Assembly (NCBI GenBank): GCA_004431415.1
Contig: QPMI01000695.1
Span: forward strand, 21,198 to 85,197
Length of the DNA: 64,000 bases
Source: Cyanophora paradoxa CCMP329
Lineage: Eukaryota > Plantae > Glaucophyta
Direction: 5' to 3'
In this document: positions 1 to 12,100 of the stretch, piece by piece
How positions within the stretch are numbered: the first letter of the stretch is position 1
Layout of the letters: each line of letters begins with the position of its first letter
Position numbers and translations under genes: made by a program
Notes under the pieces: generated by a model
Database searches by the model: none
What the model saw: only the letters and a program-made list of their open reading frames with translations
What the model was told of the DNA's origin: nothing

Positions 1-51
1 TCCCTTCGCCGATCGTGTACCCCCGTCAGGCCCGACCCCCGGGCGGACGCG

Positions 52-2441
52 GTGGCGGCGATCGTGTACGCCGTCCTGAAGGAGGAGCTGCAGGACCGGG
101 CGGGACACGGGCCGGGGCAGGACCGGCCCCGCCTCGGCATCCTCCTCGTCGAGCCCTGCGCCCCGCCCCCGGAGCCCCCGCCCCCGCCAACTCAGCCGTC
201 GGCCCCGCTGGACGCCTCTGCTCCCGCCCCCGCCGCCCCTTTGGACCCCCATGCCCCCGCCCCCGCCGCGCCCGCCCGCCCCGCCTCCCCCGACGGGCCT
301 GGGGCCCGCGCCGCCTGGAGCGAGCCTTCTCCGACGCCCGCTCCTTCCCCGACGAGCCCGCCCTCTTCCGGGGTACCCGATTTCTCTTCCCTTCCACCGT
401 ACCCCGTCCTTAAAGCAGCGCACCAGGGTTCGCGGAGTTGGTGCGGGGGATGAACCCGGACGTGCTTTTGGGGTACAGGGCGCAGGGCGGCTGGCTGGGG
501 TACCTCCTAGAGCGCGCCCCGGCCCTCGGTGGCGCCTCCTTCGCCTTCGAAGGGCCTCTCGACCGGCCTCCACGTCTCCGGCCGGTCCGCCCCTCTCTGC
601 CCTCCTCCCTTCCCCTTCTCCCTGGTCTGATCGCCCACAGGCACGTGCTGAACGTGCGGCGGCTGATGCGGGGGGGGGGGGGGGGGGGGGGGGAGAACGT
701 CGCCTGGCACCCCCTCAAGGTACCCCCCCCCCCCCCCCCCCCGCGCCGCCTGAGGGCTCCCCTCAGACGCGGCTGCCGCACCACCCCTTTTCGGTGCTGA
801 CGCGGTGGCGGCGGGGCGCGCCGGGGGCGCCCCCGGGCCCCGCGGCGGGGCGCCCCGCCCCGCTGGCGCGCACCTTCAGCATCGACTTCTTGGCCGCCCT
901 CGCCTGCGGCTCCCAGGTCCCACGCGGTCCCCAAGGCGAACTGGGGAGCTAGGGAGCGTTATTGGGAGCGGGCCCCGGGTCCTCTCTCTCTCCGCGTTAT
1001 TGTCACTTCAGCTCATTCAGAGCAAACTATTTGCTTTAATTACGACAAATTGGAAAATACCCTTCGTCGTCGTCGCCTTATTGTCTCGTTGTCTTCTCGT
1101 CTTAGTCTCTCTTACTCTCCCTCCTCAGGTGATGGAGCCATGGCGCCTCGACTTCCAGGCGCCCCTGCACCCGCGCCATGGCCCGCCCGCCCCCTCCCTC
1201 TGGACCTCTAACCCGTGCCTGAGCCCCGCCCCCGCAGGTGGAGCGGGCGATGAAGGATGCGGGGGGCGGTGCGGGGCGATGGGAGCGGGCCCTGCCCCGA
1301 GGTTGAGGTTGGGGGCGCGGGCAGTTCGGCCCGAAGATGCCTCTCGGGGCGCATGCATATGCATGTGCCCTGCGCCGAGATCGCCGACGACATCGTCGAG
1401 GCCCGCCGCCCCGCCCGTCTGCTGCACCTCGGATCTCACCTGCAGGCGGAACGAACGGACCCGCCGCTAGATTGGTTGGATCGCCGTATTCAACGTCCAG
1501 TCGATGTCGGGGCCGCGCAGGCGGGGCAGGAGACGCTGACGTGGGCGACCGTGTTGGTGGAGTCGGGCCGCTGGGACGCCCGCGTCGTCTACGGCGACAC
1601 CGACAGGCGCGCCCGCCCGCCCGCCACGGCTCTGGGTCTCCGCTCGGCACCCGCGCCGGCCCTTCCGACCGTCGGGGCCGCCGCAGCATGTTCGTGGTGG
1701 TGCCGGGGGCGAGCCGGGAGGAGGCCCTCCGCTGGGGGGCCGAGATCGCCGCCGCCGTCACTTGGCAAGCTCTGGGGCCCGAGGACCCGGGGGACGCCGC
1801 CCGGGATCCCAGAGTCTAAATCTGAGTCATGGATCCGACCCGACCCCCCCGCTGCGGATCATGGAGAAGGCGATCCGGCCGCTCGTCTCCGACCCCGACC
1901 TCTCCCGCGTCGAAGGCAGGCCGCCCCCAAAATCCACGCCCTCCGTTTCTGCGCCTGACGGGGCGGGGCAGCGGTACCTAGCCTGTGCAAGCAGTGGACG
2001 AAGATCCTCACCGGCCGCGTCACCTCCAGGCCCGCCCCGCCCCGCCCCTCCCTCGAGCTGATCGCCGCGCAGGGTCTGATCTTCGCCGGCGAGGTCCGCC
2101 TCGGCACCTGCAGGTGCGCGGGCCCTCTGCTCCTCCACTTGCTTCCTCCGACCTCGCCTCCCTCCCGCGCGCAGCGGGTGGGGCCCGCTGCCGCCGCCGG
2201 CCGCCGTCACCGCCCGCCCCGTCAAAGGGGACCCCCCGCGCCGAGCCCCGGTGCACCGCCCCGCCCCCACTTCCGCCTTGGCGACCACGCGCGGCCTCAA
2301 GCTCCGCCCTTCGGCTCTTCGGCAGTGGTGTGTGCATCGCACCCGGCCCGTGGAAGCCCCGCCCCCCCGCCCCGCCCCGAGCACGTCGTCCCGTACACGT
2401 ACCCTCCTGGCCGCCGGGGCCAGGGCGACGCGAGGCCCTGA
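52..2441 (+). pseudogene. REV3: Degenerate, intron-containing DNA polymerase zeta catalytic subunit (REV3-like, family B) fragments
   Basis: Colinear REV3-like peptides in shifting frames: NPDVLLGYRAQGGWLGYLLERA, RHVLNVRRLMR, ENVAWH, ARTFSIDF...GSQ, VMEP..LDFQAPLHP (degenerate DFQSLYP), SGRM..PCAEIADDIVE, WDARVVYGDTD, SMFVVVPGASREEA, IMEKAIRPL, LIFAGEVRLG. Frameshifts and missing internal segments; boundaries approximate. Confidence 0.8.
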
Positions 2442-4997
2442 TCATGAGCGGACGCCGCAAAGCCTCCGCTCGTGGCGGGCGGCTCTCCGTCGAGCGTGCT
2501 CGCGGGCTTTTAGGCCGCCGCGGGGGCGGGCCGCCCGCTCTGGCCAGCGTGCGAAAGCCCCCTCTTGCCAGCGTGCGGGAGCGTCAATCGGGGTACGCGC
2601 AGTTCTACTGCTCGCACCCGGCCCCCTCCCCCCGCCCTGTCCCCCCTCGCCCCTCTAATCGCGTACCCCAGGACGCAGAAGAGCGCGTGGAACGGCTTCG
2701 GGTCTGCGGCGCGCCCCTCTCTCATCTCATCTGAGCCCTCTCCGGGCGAGGGTACGCGTGCAGGAGCTGCCGCCCTGGGAGCGCGTGGCGGAGTACGGCG
2801 ATAAACGCGGTACGGGTTAGGTCGCATGGCGGGGAGCGCGTGGGAGGTCGGGGGGCGGGGCGGGCCCGTGCCTGCCGCCCCCTGCCCCGCCCCGCCCGGC
2901 GGCCCCGCGCCTTTCTTACCTGCGCCTGCGACCCCTGCCCCCCGCCTCAGCCTGCGGAGGGTTGCGTGGTGGAGGGGGTGCAGGTACCCCCCGGGGCCGC
3001 CTTCCGAGGCGGGGTGGGGGGGAGGGTGGAGAGATCGAGGGGACCGGTTCTTCGACCGTTCGGTTCCTCACAGGCAGCGCCCGGCGAGAGCTTAATATCC
3101 CAGCCCCGAACTCGAACCGCGTTTGGCTGAACCGTACCCCTATGAACACAGGTCCGGGGTACGCCCCTACGGGTACCCCGATCCAGGAGGTCCAGCTCGT
3201 CAAGCTCTTCTCGTGAAGATCCGGGCGGGTCGAATCCGTCTGGGGCGCTCTAAACTCCGAACTCAGGCCTCCATCGCCGAGGGGCCCCTGGCCCGCCTCT
3301 CCGGGTGCTCGCGGTACGCCCCGCCTCTCGTGCTCCCGGCCCCAGTGCCTCTCGCCGCAGCCGCCTGCGCATCGAGGAGAGCCGGAGGGGGGGCACGGTC
3401 GCCTTCGAATACGCCGGTGCTCGTGCCGATCACAGCTTTCCTCTCAGGTTTCAGATGCGTGCTGACCCCAGACCAGACCCGCTCCTTGACGGCTCCGACG
3501 GGTCCGACCTCGGCCCCCGCGACCCGCGCGGGCGCACGGTGCACCTTTACCCTTCCAGCGCCGGCTCTGCCCAGGCCCTGGACGCCCGGCCCCCTAGCCT
3601 GCTGCGCATGCGGGTGCGGGGCAGATGGGGCTGGGGGGCGCTGTCGTCGCGTTCCTGGAGCGCGCACGCGGGCCCCGCGCTTTCCGAGCGCTCGCTCGAG
3701 GTGGGGGCGGACCTCTCTGACCTGCGAAGCGCCGCTCGGCTCTGACCCTCGCCCCCGCAGCGCGCCGGCGCCGGCGACCTCGGCGTGCGGGCCGCCGGAG
3801 CCGATCCCCCCGAAATCGAAGAGGAGGCATTTCCCCCCCTTCAGTGAGGCGCCTTCGCCCCCTCTCCGCCGTCCGCGCCGTCGCGCCCGCCCCCGCCGGC
3901 CCCCGCCCCGCCCCGCCCCGCCCCGCCCCGTTGCTGCTGGCGACGAGGGCGACGCCGGCCCTCGCGCGTGCCGCCCCGCGGCTGACGGCGAGCTCGAGGG
4001 CGGGGCGGGCGGGGCTCCGGGCGCTCAGGTGGGGCTCATCCCCGTCCGCGGCCCCGTCCGCCCTAACCCCCGCTGCGGGGCGCGCGCGGAGGTGCCGGCG
4101 CGGCACCGGGGCAGCAGTGCTCCCCGACCCCCTCCGGCCACCCTGAGCGTGCGGGAGGTGCCGGCGAGGTGCCACCCCGGGAGCCGATCCCCGAGTTCGA
4201 CGACGCGCCGTCGTCCCGCCGCCGTCCGCGCCGTCGTCCCCGCCCCTGCCGCGCCGCTGGAGGCGACGAGGGCGACGCATGCACGGCGGGCGCCGGCGCG
4301 CCGCTCCCCGCCTCGCCAACGCCGGACCGTGGCCTGCAGCTGTCCGGCCCCCCGAACAGCAGGCGGGGTCCGCGTGCGCGAGGGTCGCAGCGACCTTCAC
4401 CGCCGTCTCAGCTCTGCGGCCGACAGATCTGGAGCGCCGTCAGCGGGCGGACGCCCCCCGCTTCCCCTTCTCGCGGCCCGCCGGCTCGCATCCGCCCCAC
4501 CGCACGCTCCGCCCAGGAGACCGCCGTGGAGCGCCGGAGCGCCGCGCCATGCCGCCGAGCCGCAGCGGCCGCCCGAGATCTAGACCCCGCGGCGCGACGC
4601 GGCCTAGCCCAGTTCGGGGACGGTCCGATTCGTCCTCCCCGACGGCTCCAAGGGCTCCCGACGCGCGCCTCGTGCGGCAGGCCGCCGACGCAGCAGGACG
4701 GGGCAGGACGCGGCAGGACAGGCCGCCGGGTGCTGCCACTCGGGATCCTACGCCGGCAGGGACCCCGTCCGGGCCCTCGGGGGCGTCCTCCCGCCCTCCA
4801 CGCTCTTCCAGCTCCGGCGCCGGGCGCGCCGGGGACATCGGACTCCTCCCGGTGCGCCTGCCCCGGCGCCGCTCCGCGCCCGCCCCCTCGCCCCATCCCG
4901 CCGGCCGCGCGCAGGACCCCTCGACGACGGCCCCGCCGCCTGCGCGCCGTCGCCCAGCGCCTCGGCCGCCGGCGCCCCCAGCATCGGTATCGCCGGC

Positions 4998-5212
4998 TAT
5001 CCCGGGACTTTTGTGCCACCGAGTCAATGACTCGAAAAATGACTCGAACCCGAGTCATTGACTCGAAACCCGAGTCACTCCGGAAATGACTCGAAATCCG
5101 AGTCAGCCCGAGTCAGCCCGAGTCATTTCGAGTCACTCCGAGTCGGTGAAAATTTGTTCGAGTCAGCCCGAGTCAGCCCGGGTCAGCCCGAGTCACTCCG
5201 AGTCACTCGAAT
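4998..5212 (+). mobile_element. Probable left end of a TIR DNA element with GAGTC/GACTC subterminal repeats
   Basis: TATCCCGGGACTTTTG at 4998 matches the TIR of the 18567-27102 element (TACCCCGGCACTTTTG) at 14/16 and is followed by many GAGTCA/TGACTC motifs. Matching right end not found. Confidence 0.5.
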
Positions 5213-5449
5213 TCGAATATTTATTAACTATAAAATTAAATATATATATTTATAAATCGAGAGCCCCGCATGCGCACGCCCTGGCAGTGCTGGCACTGCG
5301 GCATGCGCACGGCCGCCGAGCTAGCGCTGGGCAGCCTGGGCTCGACCACGCCGCCATACGTATACACCGGCGCCACGTTACATATATATCATAGTATAAT
5401 TAAAGACGTTGCGCATGCCGCGATGCGCGCGCCCCGGGCCCCGCCCTGG
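5183..5449 (+). repeat. 267-bp direct repeat, left copy
   Basis: Appears identical to 42109-42375 (offset 36926); TCAGCCCGAGTC...CCCGCCCTGG. Confidence 0.95.
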
Positions 5450-6180
5450 AGAGACTCTACGGGCACTCCGTGCTAGCCAGCTGTCAACAACAGCTGTGCC
5501 AGCCGAGGCCGTAGGAGTGCGGCGCGTCTACGCGGTGGTGCAGCAGCAGCGGTTCATCCGGCCAGCTAGCGACTACGGGGGAGGGACAACAGCCTCAGAT
5601 CGTGAGGTGCGCACCGGCGCAAGCCGCCCGGGCACGTCGCCCGTGGTCGGTCCGGTGCGCAACGGGCAACTTGTCTCTTGGACCATCGCCGGCCCAGCGA
5701 AGCCAGCGGACGAGCGATCAGTGCTCAGAGGACACTGCGCGAGCAGTGGGAGCCCGCGAATTGCGCACCGCATCGCGGCCGCGATCATCGGATCTTCGTA
5801 AGCTCCAGGCAGCTACGGTCGAAAGAGGCTTGCGGGGGCGTTTCGGCAACCCCGTAGGTCCGCCTTTCATCGTAGTAAAGAGACGTCGTCAGGGGTCGTT
5901 TCGGCTGCCCCGCGCGTACGCTCTCGAGCCTTCCGGCGACCCAGCGTCAGCAGGCGGTCGCCAGCCCAACTCGCCACCAGACGAGCGCGCGCGTGCGGGG
6001 ACGCCACCCACGGGTCGTACGCAGTGTTCGGTGGACGTGGGTGCACGCGGAGCTCGGCGGACGGAGTAACGGCGGCAACTTGCGGAGGCCCGCTCACGAC
6101 CTCGACCAAGCCCGCCACGACGCCCGCTTCAGCGCCGCGCATCCCTCGGCCTTTCGAAGGGGGAGACTCTGCCAAAATTT

Positions 6181-9100
6181 TTGGCTCAGCTCGTCGCCGG
6201 CTCGCCAGCGATCAGCCGACAGTCGCCCCGTACCAGCCCGCGGACAGCTTCCAGCACCGCGAGCTACAGCCTCGCCCCTGACCGTCCCTTCTTTCTCCCC
6301 TTCAACTACTACCTCTCTACGATGCACTCGAGCTCCGGATCCGGGCGGCTCGGGCGGCCGCCACCGGTGACGACGGCGGGCATGTCCCACATCGCGGCCA
6401 TCACCAACCGGAAGGCGGCGGAGCAGCAGACCTACAACCAGCGGATGCAGTACACGGAGCCGCCGGTGCCGGTCACGCTCGCCAAGGGCGCCGTCGTCAT
6501 GAGCTTCGGCACCCCGCTGACGATGTCGAACGTCAAGCAAACGCTCGACCAGTTCACGAAGGTGGCGCACACCAAGAACTACTTCGCAGACATCCCCACC
6601 ACGCCGGAAGAACGCCGCATGGTCAACTACACTCTCACGGAGTTCTCCCAGCTACTCTCGGCCCGGGACAAGGCCGACTTCCTTCAGCACCTGCACCGCC
6701 AAGAGCAGCACGACGCGGCGCTGGCCAAACTGGCGGCGGACGTCGCCGCGCAGGAGCGGGCATTGGCAGGCATCCCGTTGGCGGACGTCCTCCGGCGGAC
6801 GCAGGAGCAGAACCGACTCGACGAGCTGCAGCGGACACTGCAGGCAGCGCAGCGGCGGGCCCCACAACCACCGTTGCGTCACGTCGGCGACCTCGCCCGC
6901 TGGCTCCACGCTCGCATCGACCCCGTCGACAAGGCTCGCATCATCGGCTTCACGCGCGAGATGTACATGGGCCTGCGGCCCAGCCACCAATTCGAGGCTA
7001 CGGTGGAGGCGATCGAGCTCAGCGGCAGGACCCCGACCCCAGCAGTCGTCCTGGCGGCGCTGGAGGAGCAGATCCTTCTCCGCCAGCAACAGCACGTCGA
7101 CGCCTGGGAGATGTTCGGCACCGAGGCCCATCACCGGCGCAAGAACTTCGCGACAATGGTCGACAAAGTGATGCCCCAGCTTTGGGAGCTCCGTCGGCAG
7201 CTCGAGACCGACATGCCGGGCAACACCGAGCTCCAGACTTCCTCCTTCCTCGCGTCCGCCCCGGCGATCTTCCTGCAGCCGCCGATCCACAGCAACAGCT
7301 GGGACATCAACCTGGGGGAGGAGGACGCGAAGTCGTCCACGGCGCACGCGATCCGGATGGCGGCAGCGGCATCGGCTGAGGAGGGCGCAGCGTCCAACAC
7401 TGAGGAGATGTCGGCACTCTTCGGAGCCAGCGGAGGCGACTCGTTCGACACGACACCGACCAAGCGGCCTCGCCACGAGCTCAGCGGCTCTCCGACGATT
7501 GACCGGCAGCTTTCGACGGCGAGCCCGGCGACACGGTTGGCGTCGGACGTCGCAGCGGCATCGTTTACGCTCGGGACCGACCGTGAGCTCCGTCGCCTCT
7601 CCGATCAGCAGGCGGCGCTGCAGCAGCAGCTGTTGCAGCAGCAGCAGCAACAGGCGCAGCAGTTCCTGACCCTCCAGCAGCAGCAGCAGCAGCAGCAGGC
7701 GGCGACGCACGCGCACATCATGGCGGTGCAGGCGACGCAGCTCACCACGGCACAGCAGATCGGCTCAGCCTTCAACGCGGCACCGTACGCCCCGCGGCCC
7801 CAGGGCCCGACCGCCCCCAGCGGCGCGACGCCGCCCCCGTTCCAGCCCCCGCTCGGCGGCGCGCGGGACGGAGCGCGGGCGCAGCCGCAGGGCAAGGTTT
7901 GCGGCCTCCTCTGCCACCGTGGATCTCGGCGGGGCCAAGTCTGCGGCGTGAACCACGCCAAGCAGAACGCGGTCTGGCGCTCGGCGATCCAGCTCCACGA
8001 TCTGGCGCACCCGGGGCGCACGGTGAACGCGACGGCGGCGGGAATCCTGCAGCGGAACCCGGTGCCGGAGTGCCCGGGTGAGGACTGCCGGCGGTGCTAC
8101 ACTATCTTCCCCCAGCTGTACGACACGCGGGACCTCCCGCCCCACCGGCACGACGAGAGCGAGGAGTGCCCGGTGCTGCGAGCCCTGCGGAACATGGCGC
8201 CCCTGCCCCACCTTCCGCAGCTGCCAGTCGGCTGGCGCGAACACCTGATCCAGGCGGGCGTCATCCAGGAGTCGCGGATCCCGACGGCGCAGCCCCCGCG
8301 CTTCCAGCCCCAGCCCATGCTCCCGGCGCCGGTGCCGGCAGCAGCGAACCCGTGGACGGCCAACTCCTACCCCCCCGCAGCGTACCCGGCCGGCTACGGC
8401 GTGCAGTACCCCCCGCTCGGCCAGGCGCCGGCGTCGGCACCGACCCCGCCGCCGCCCGCGAAGCCCCCTCAGACCTGCCACATCTGCAAGCAACCCGGCC
8501 ACTTCGCTCACGAGTGCCAGCAGTCGAGGCAGCAGGCGGCGCCGGCGGGCCGCGGAGGCGGCCGCCGGGAGAACTTCCGCTCGGTCCCGCCCCCGCAGCA
8601 GTACCACCCCCAGCAGCCGGCACAGGTGAACTACGCGGCGACGGGAGCCAACGCGTCCCCCGTGGCACCGGCGGGCTACATCCCGGTGGCACCGGCTGCA
8701 CCGGCAGCGGCACCCGTGGACGCCAACTCGCCGCAGTTCTTCGCGGAGGTCATGGCGATCATGCAGCAGAAGCTCGCAGTGCGGGCGGCGCAGACGAACG
8801 CGGTGGCGGTCAGCAACGCCGATCTCGACGCTATGGTGGAGGCTGAGATGGACGCCTTGCTGGCGGCACGGGCGGCGCAGACGCGACCGGCCAACCGCCC
8901 GGACTCCTACTCCCTGGACGCCCTCCGCTTCGGCGACGAGGCACGCGGCTACCGCGCGGGCGCGCCGGAAGACGCAGGGCGCACGGAGTGGAGGTCGGGC
9001 GCTACGACCCCGTCGACGACGTGGGCCACCCCGGCGGGCTCGGAGCACGGCAGCGCCTCGGTGACGACATCCCCGCAGCCGGCAGCGACGGCCCCTAGCA

Positions 9101-12100
9101 TCACCGCGACGGCGGGGGTGGACTCGGGCGCACCGCCAGCCGAGCGACGGCAGCGGTCGGCTCTCCTGGCGCTTATCACCGAGGGCGCGCGTGCACGGCT
9201 GGCGGACATGGCACTGGAGCGGGAGACGGTGATGACCATGCCGGAGGAGGAGCGCGAGGCGCACCAGCAGCTCCGTGAGGAGGACGACGATCCGGGGGAG
9301 GCGGCGACGGACTCGGAGACGGACAGCCTCGACGGCGAGCCCCTCCGTCTCCGCGGCGGCGGCTACTCCGACGGGGACGCTGACGCTGACACCGACGCCG
9401 ACGAGATGGTGCTCGACGGCGGTGGGAACGCTGACTCTGACGGCGAGGAGCTCGACGGCGAGCCTCTGCGCCTTCGCGGCGGCGGCTATCCCGACGGGGA
9501 CGAGGACGGCGACACGTACTCTGACGTGGAGGAGTTCGGAGCCGACGGCGGGCTGACGGAACCAGAGTACGCCGGGGCGACGGAGGGCCTCGGCATCGGC
9601 GACAGCTTGGGAGGGCCGGCAGCTCCACTGAGGCTCCGCGGAGGAGGCGGCGCGACGCGGAGGGTGCCCGACGGCGGCGCGGAGGCCTTCAACTCGGACG
9701 ATGTGCAGGATGTTCTTGACCCGGTTCCCCCCCTGGTACAGCTGGGGCCGATGGGCTCACCGGCCCCACTACCGGAGCCGGTCGCGACGCTGGAACCGGC
9801 GGAACTGGATCTCCTCGGCGTCGTGGTCAGTCCGACGATCCTTGCGAACCAGACGGAGCCGGCAGCGGCCGCGGAGCCGGAGGACACCCCGGAGTCCCGG
9901 TGCAGCACCGACGACGACTACACTCATTGGCCGGAGGGTTACAACTACGACAGCGACGGCAGCGTCAAGTACCCGACCAACGCGCTGGACATCGAGCTGG
10001 CCGACGCCCGCGAGGAAGCGGAGAGCCGGGGAATCACGGTCAGCCAACTCTTGGACGAGAGGATGGCGGAGCTGGAGGCGTCCCACCGCTACGGTGCCGC
10101 GGTCGCAGTGTCGACGAACATCGCGGTCGTGGAGACGCCGCCGGCCTTCGTCGCCTACATCGACGACCTCATCGCGCGCAAAACGGCGGGGCCGTACACG
10201 TCGATGGCGAGCGCAAGGCGCACAGTGGATGCGGGGCGAACACCGGACGCGGAGGAGGAGCTGCGGACAACAGACCAACCAGGGCTGTTGCTCGCACGAC
10301 GGGCGATCGCTGCGATGGCGGCGAACCGGGGCGTCGACTACGCGACGATGCAGATGGAGCTGCGCGGCCGCGGAAACGCCATGCGGGAGGCGCTCCGGGC
10401 GCAAGTCAGCGCAGACCTTCAGCGGCTGTGGGACTCGGGGGTGCGGAATCCTTACGGCGAGGACGCAACAACACCGGGAACTAGCTCGATGGATGTGACA
10501 CCTGACCACAGGACGGTGAGGGGGGCCGACGTGGAGCACCCGACAGCCGAGGACGACCCCGGCGGGTCGACGGCGGCGATGGTCGCCGCCGCTATTGCTG
10601 AACGGATCGCAAACCGCGACTGCGTCGCAAGCCTCATGCCCACGGCATCCGGCTCGAGGACGACGCGGGCGGCACCGACGGCGGCCCGTCGGACTCCTCT
10701 CGGGGCGAGCAGCAGCTTCGCACGACGGGCAATCATGGCACGGTTCAGATCCCGCGACGTCAGCTTTGCGGAGGTGCAGCAGGAGGTGCGGGAGAACCCG
10801 ACGCTCCGGGCAGCAATCGTGGCCTACATCCATGCGGCCATCACGGACCCCGACGAACTCTGGATCGTCGCTCAGGACGCGTTCGAGTGGCGCGTCGCGG
10901 AGACGGCGGCAGACCGCAACAGCGACCGTCGATCCGTGATGCAGACTATTCGCGACGACCCTGCGGCTCGGGAGGTGATGGTGGCGTCCATTACTCAAGA
11001 CCTTGCGCAGTGGCGGCGGGAGGCCGAGACAGCAGCGATGGAGGCCACGATGGAGAGCTGCACCACTATGCCGATGCATTACCTCTCCTGCGACCTCTCA
11101 CTGGCCTATTTCACGCCCAACGCGGCAGAACAGCAGCTTCAGATGATCCCCCCCGACTCTCAGGACCATCAGCCTACAATGACGCCGATGTTCCCCGAAC
11201 GTGAACACCGCTGGGAGGCGTTCGACCGAGCAGTCGCCGACCTCCAAGAGATCCGACGGGCGAGGCCCCTCGACGCGCACTGCGACGGCACGACCGACCT
11301 GACGGCGGCCCTGTCCAACATAGATCTGGTCGGCCCGGAAGGGGTCCGGCAAGCGGATCTGGGCTCGGGTGCGGACCTGACGATCTCCACGGACACGGTG
11401 ACGCCAGCACAGCCCACCCCGGCGGCGCGGCGCCGCCGGCGCCAGCGCAGGCGCGCAGCGCGGGGCGGACGATGCAAGCCAGACGGCGCTCGGGCATCGC
11501 CCCCTGAGGACGACGGCGACGATCCAGACGAGGCGCACGCAGCGGGCGGGAACGGGACTGAACGGACCTCTCGCACGGCAACGCAAGCGTGGAGCGCGAC
11601 GGCGAGCTCGACGACCACGACGGTGACGCGGCCGACGAACCAGACTCAAGGCCCGAGAGCAACGATCGCCAAGTCGCAAGGGCGGCCCTGGCTGTACGGA
11701 CTGACGGTCACGGACGGCAAGGCGACGGTGGGCCTGCGCCAGCTGTCAGGATACTCGAACCTCTCGACGGCGACGACGGGCGTACTGCGCCTGCGGGGCG
11801 GGACACGCCGGCGACAGAAGCCGGCGGAGGAGGCGCCAGCTACGACTCTGACGGCGGAGACCGCGGCGACGGCGACGCCGATGACGGGCGGAGTCCCGAG
11901 TGTGATGTTCACGGCGCCGACGGCGCCGGCTGCGACTCTGACGGCGGAGGCCGCGGCGACGGCGACACCGATGGCGGGCGGAGGCCCGGGTGTGATGTTC
12001 ACGGCGCCGACAGCGCCGGCTACGACTCTGACGGCGGAGGCCGCGGCGACAGCGACGCCGATGACGGGCGGAGTCCCGGGTGTGATGTTCACGGCGCCGA

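Noticed and set aside
2916-3203. Peptide ALPVRNR shared with minus-strand ORF 60926-61234
   Set aside because: Seven-residue match with no further similarity; treated as coincidence.
5447-5466. tRNA primer-binding site TGGAGAGACTCTACGGG
   Set aside because: The TGG is part of the duplicated repeat, there is no preceding CA, and I cannot match it to a tRNA 3' end.
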